From: a virus
IMG/VR virus record: IMGVR_UViG_3300045988_151631
DNA: 42,177 nt
Reading direction: 5' to 3' (one strand)
Positions 41,037 through 42,177 of the stretch are shown here, in pieces. The notes below the pieces were generated by a model, which did not search any database, was not told the origin of the DNA, and saw nothing but the letters and a program-made list of their open reading frames with translations. Position numbers and translations under genes: made by a program. The first letter of the stretch is position 1. Every line of letters begins with the position of its first letter.

Positions 41037-42177
41037 ATGGAAGATAATATATATCATTTCGCCCCGGTGGAGTGCTTCGCGATTGATGAACCTTGCGACG
41101 AGGCGGAAGCTGAGCAGCTCGCGAACACCGCTGCGCAGGCGGTAGCCTTCGCAGGCTTGCAAGCAACAGAAGCAATATACACCACCGCGCCGCAGCTCGT
41201 GCGCGTGCATTTTGGCCTTGATTTTGCATCTGCTTATAGAGTGCCAACGCTTTTAAACAGAATTGAAAAAAGTTTAAATGCTTACTTGAACCGCGACGGC
41301 TGCCGCTGTTATCTCAACAACGGTTTGACCGTTGAAATACCGAGAGCGCAGCGGCAAACGGTGCGTATGCGTCAATTCTTGACAACAAAATACGAAAGTA
41401 TGCGACTGCCCGCCGTCCTCGGCATTGACAGCAACGGGCACCAACTTGTTATTGACCTTGCCGATGCTCCGCACTTGCTCATTGCAGGCCAAACAGGCAG
41501 CGGCAAAAGCGTTTGTTTAAATGATATTTTAGTATCAATTTTACAATTCGAGCAACCCGCGGATGTTAAATTTCTGCTCATTGACCCAAAGCAAGTAGAA
41601 TTGTCAAAATATGCATGTATTCCGCACCTTGCAGGGCCGATTGCAACAACACCGCAAGAAGCATTGAATGCGCTGCATTGGGCAGTTGACGAGATGGAAC
41701 GCCGCTATACAATATTAAGGCAAAGAGGAGCGGCAGGGCTTGACCTTGCGCCGGGTCTCTTTCCTCGCCTTGTTATTGCTATTGATGAGCTTGCCGACCT
41801 TATCCAAGCGAGCAAGAAAGAGGTTGAAACGCTTATTTCAAGACTTGCAGCCAAAGGCAGGGCGGCGGGTATTCACTTAATCGTTGCAACTCAATATCCA
41901 AGCGCAAAAATCATAACGGGCGCAATAAAGGCAAACATCCCAACGCGCATAGCGTTCAAGACCTCTTCAAACTCTGATAGCCGCGTTATACTTGATATGG
42001 TAGGAGCCGAAAAGCTCACCGGCAAGGGTGACGGCTTGTTCTTTGCACCTGCTTCAAGCGTTCCGCAACGCTTCCAAGCTTGCTACTTGTCGCCCGAAGA
42101 GATTAACACCGCTTGTCATTATGCGTGGCTTAATACACCGCAGGGAAGGAGGGGAACGAATGGAGAAGAAAAAAAAC
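41037..42177 (+). CDS. Soluble FtsK/SpoIIIE-family DNA translocase-like ATPase (391 aa with wrap to 134)
   Basis: Walker A GQTGSGKS, Walker B LVIAIDELADL, IHLIVATQ, PTRIAFKTSS. No TM helices and no gamma domain. The ORF has no stop before the window end. Confidence 0.85.
   Translation, partial: MEDNIYHFAPVECFAIDEPCDEAEAEQLANTAAQAVAFAGLQATEAIYTTAPQLVRVHFGLDFASAYRVPTLLNRIEKSLNAYLNRDGCRCYLNNGLTVEIPRAQRQTVRMRQFLTTKYESMRLPAVLGIDSNGHQLVIDLADAPHLLIAGQTGSGKSVCLNDILVSILQFEQPADVKFLLIDPKQVELSKYACIPHLAGPIATTPQEALNALHWAVDEMERRYTILRQRGAAGLDLAPGLFPRLVIAIDELADLIQASKKEVETLISRLAAKGRAAGIHLIVATQYPSAKIITGAIKANIPTRIAFKTSSNSDSRVILDMVGAEKLTGKGDGLFFAPASSVPQRFQACYLSPEEINTACHYAWLNTPQGRRGTNGEEKK
42079..42177. repeat. 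Terminal direct repeat, identical to 1..99
   Basis: See the first feature. Confidence 0.95.

Noticed and set aside
1-42177. Diversity-generating retroelement, retron or other RT-based system, and toxin-antitoxin or known defence cassettes
   Set aside because: No reverse transcriptase-like ORF exists, and I recognised no template/variable repeat pair or known defence-gene signature by eye. Profile searches would be needed to exclude divergent systems.

Overview
The window is a closed circle. Bases 1..99 are identical to 42079..42177, so the unique length is 42,078 bp. It reads as the complete genome of a tailed, siphovirus-like, temperate-looking phage of a Gram-positive (Bacillota/Clostridia-like) host.

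Most genes are on the minus strand.
- Early, replication and recombination module, 14015 down to 1312: Cro-like HTH, YopX, excisionase-like HTH, two SSB paralogues, Rad52/Sak-like annealase, NinB-like protein, HNH-like protein, DnaD-like replisome organizer with internal repeats, DUF1064 nuclease, MT-A70 methylase, dUTPase, many small zinc-ribbon proteins, terS.
- Late module, 38874 down to 20080: small serine recombinase, terL, portal, SPP1 gp7-like minor head protein, then unexpectedly a collagen-like fibre plus an XhlA-like/holin/CHAP-SH3 endolysin cassette. After that come scaffold, major capsid, four head-tail joining genes, major tail protein, the G/GT chaperone pair with an A_AAA_AAC -1 slippery site, tape measure, and a 926-aa tail fibre with a C-terminal S74 chaperone domain.

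Accessory parts:
1. A plus-strand island (38875 across the junction to 1310) separates terS from terL. It carries a soluble FtsK/SpoIIIE-type ATPase, an RHH-like protein, iterons and unknown genes, next to a res-like array of dyads.
2. A locus between the tail fibre and the CI-like repressor (14369..20061) sits where lysis, att and int would normally be. It holds tRNA-Pro(UGG) preceded by an exact 42-bp copy of its own 5' half, an XRE gene with an in-frame TAG, a secreted protein overlapping the repressor gene, a frameshifted zinc-ribbon membrane protein, and a terminator-punctuated cluster of unknown proteins.

No integrase, CRISPR array, reverse transcriptase or rRNA was seen. All functional calls come from by-eye motif recognition and no database search was run.
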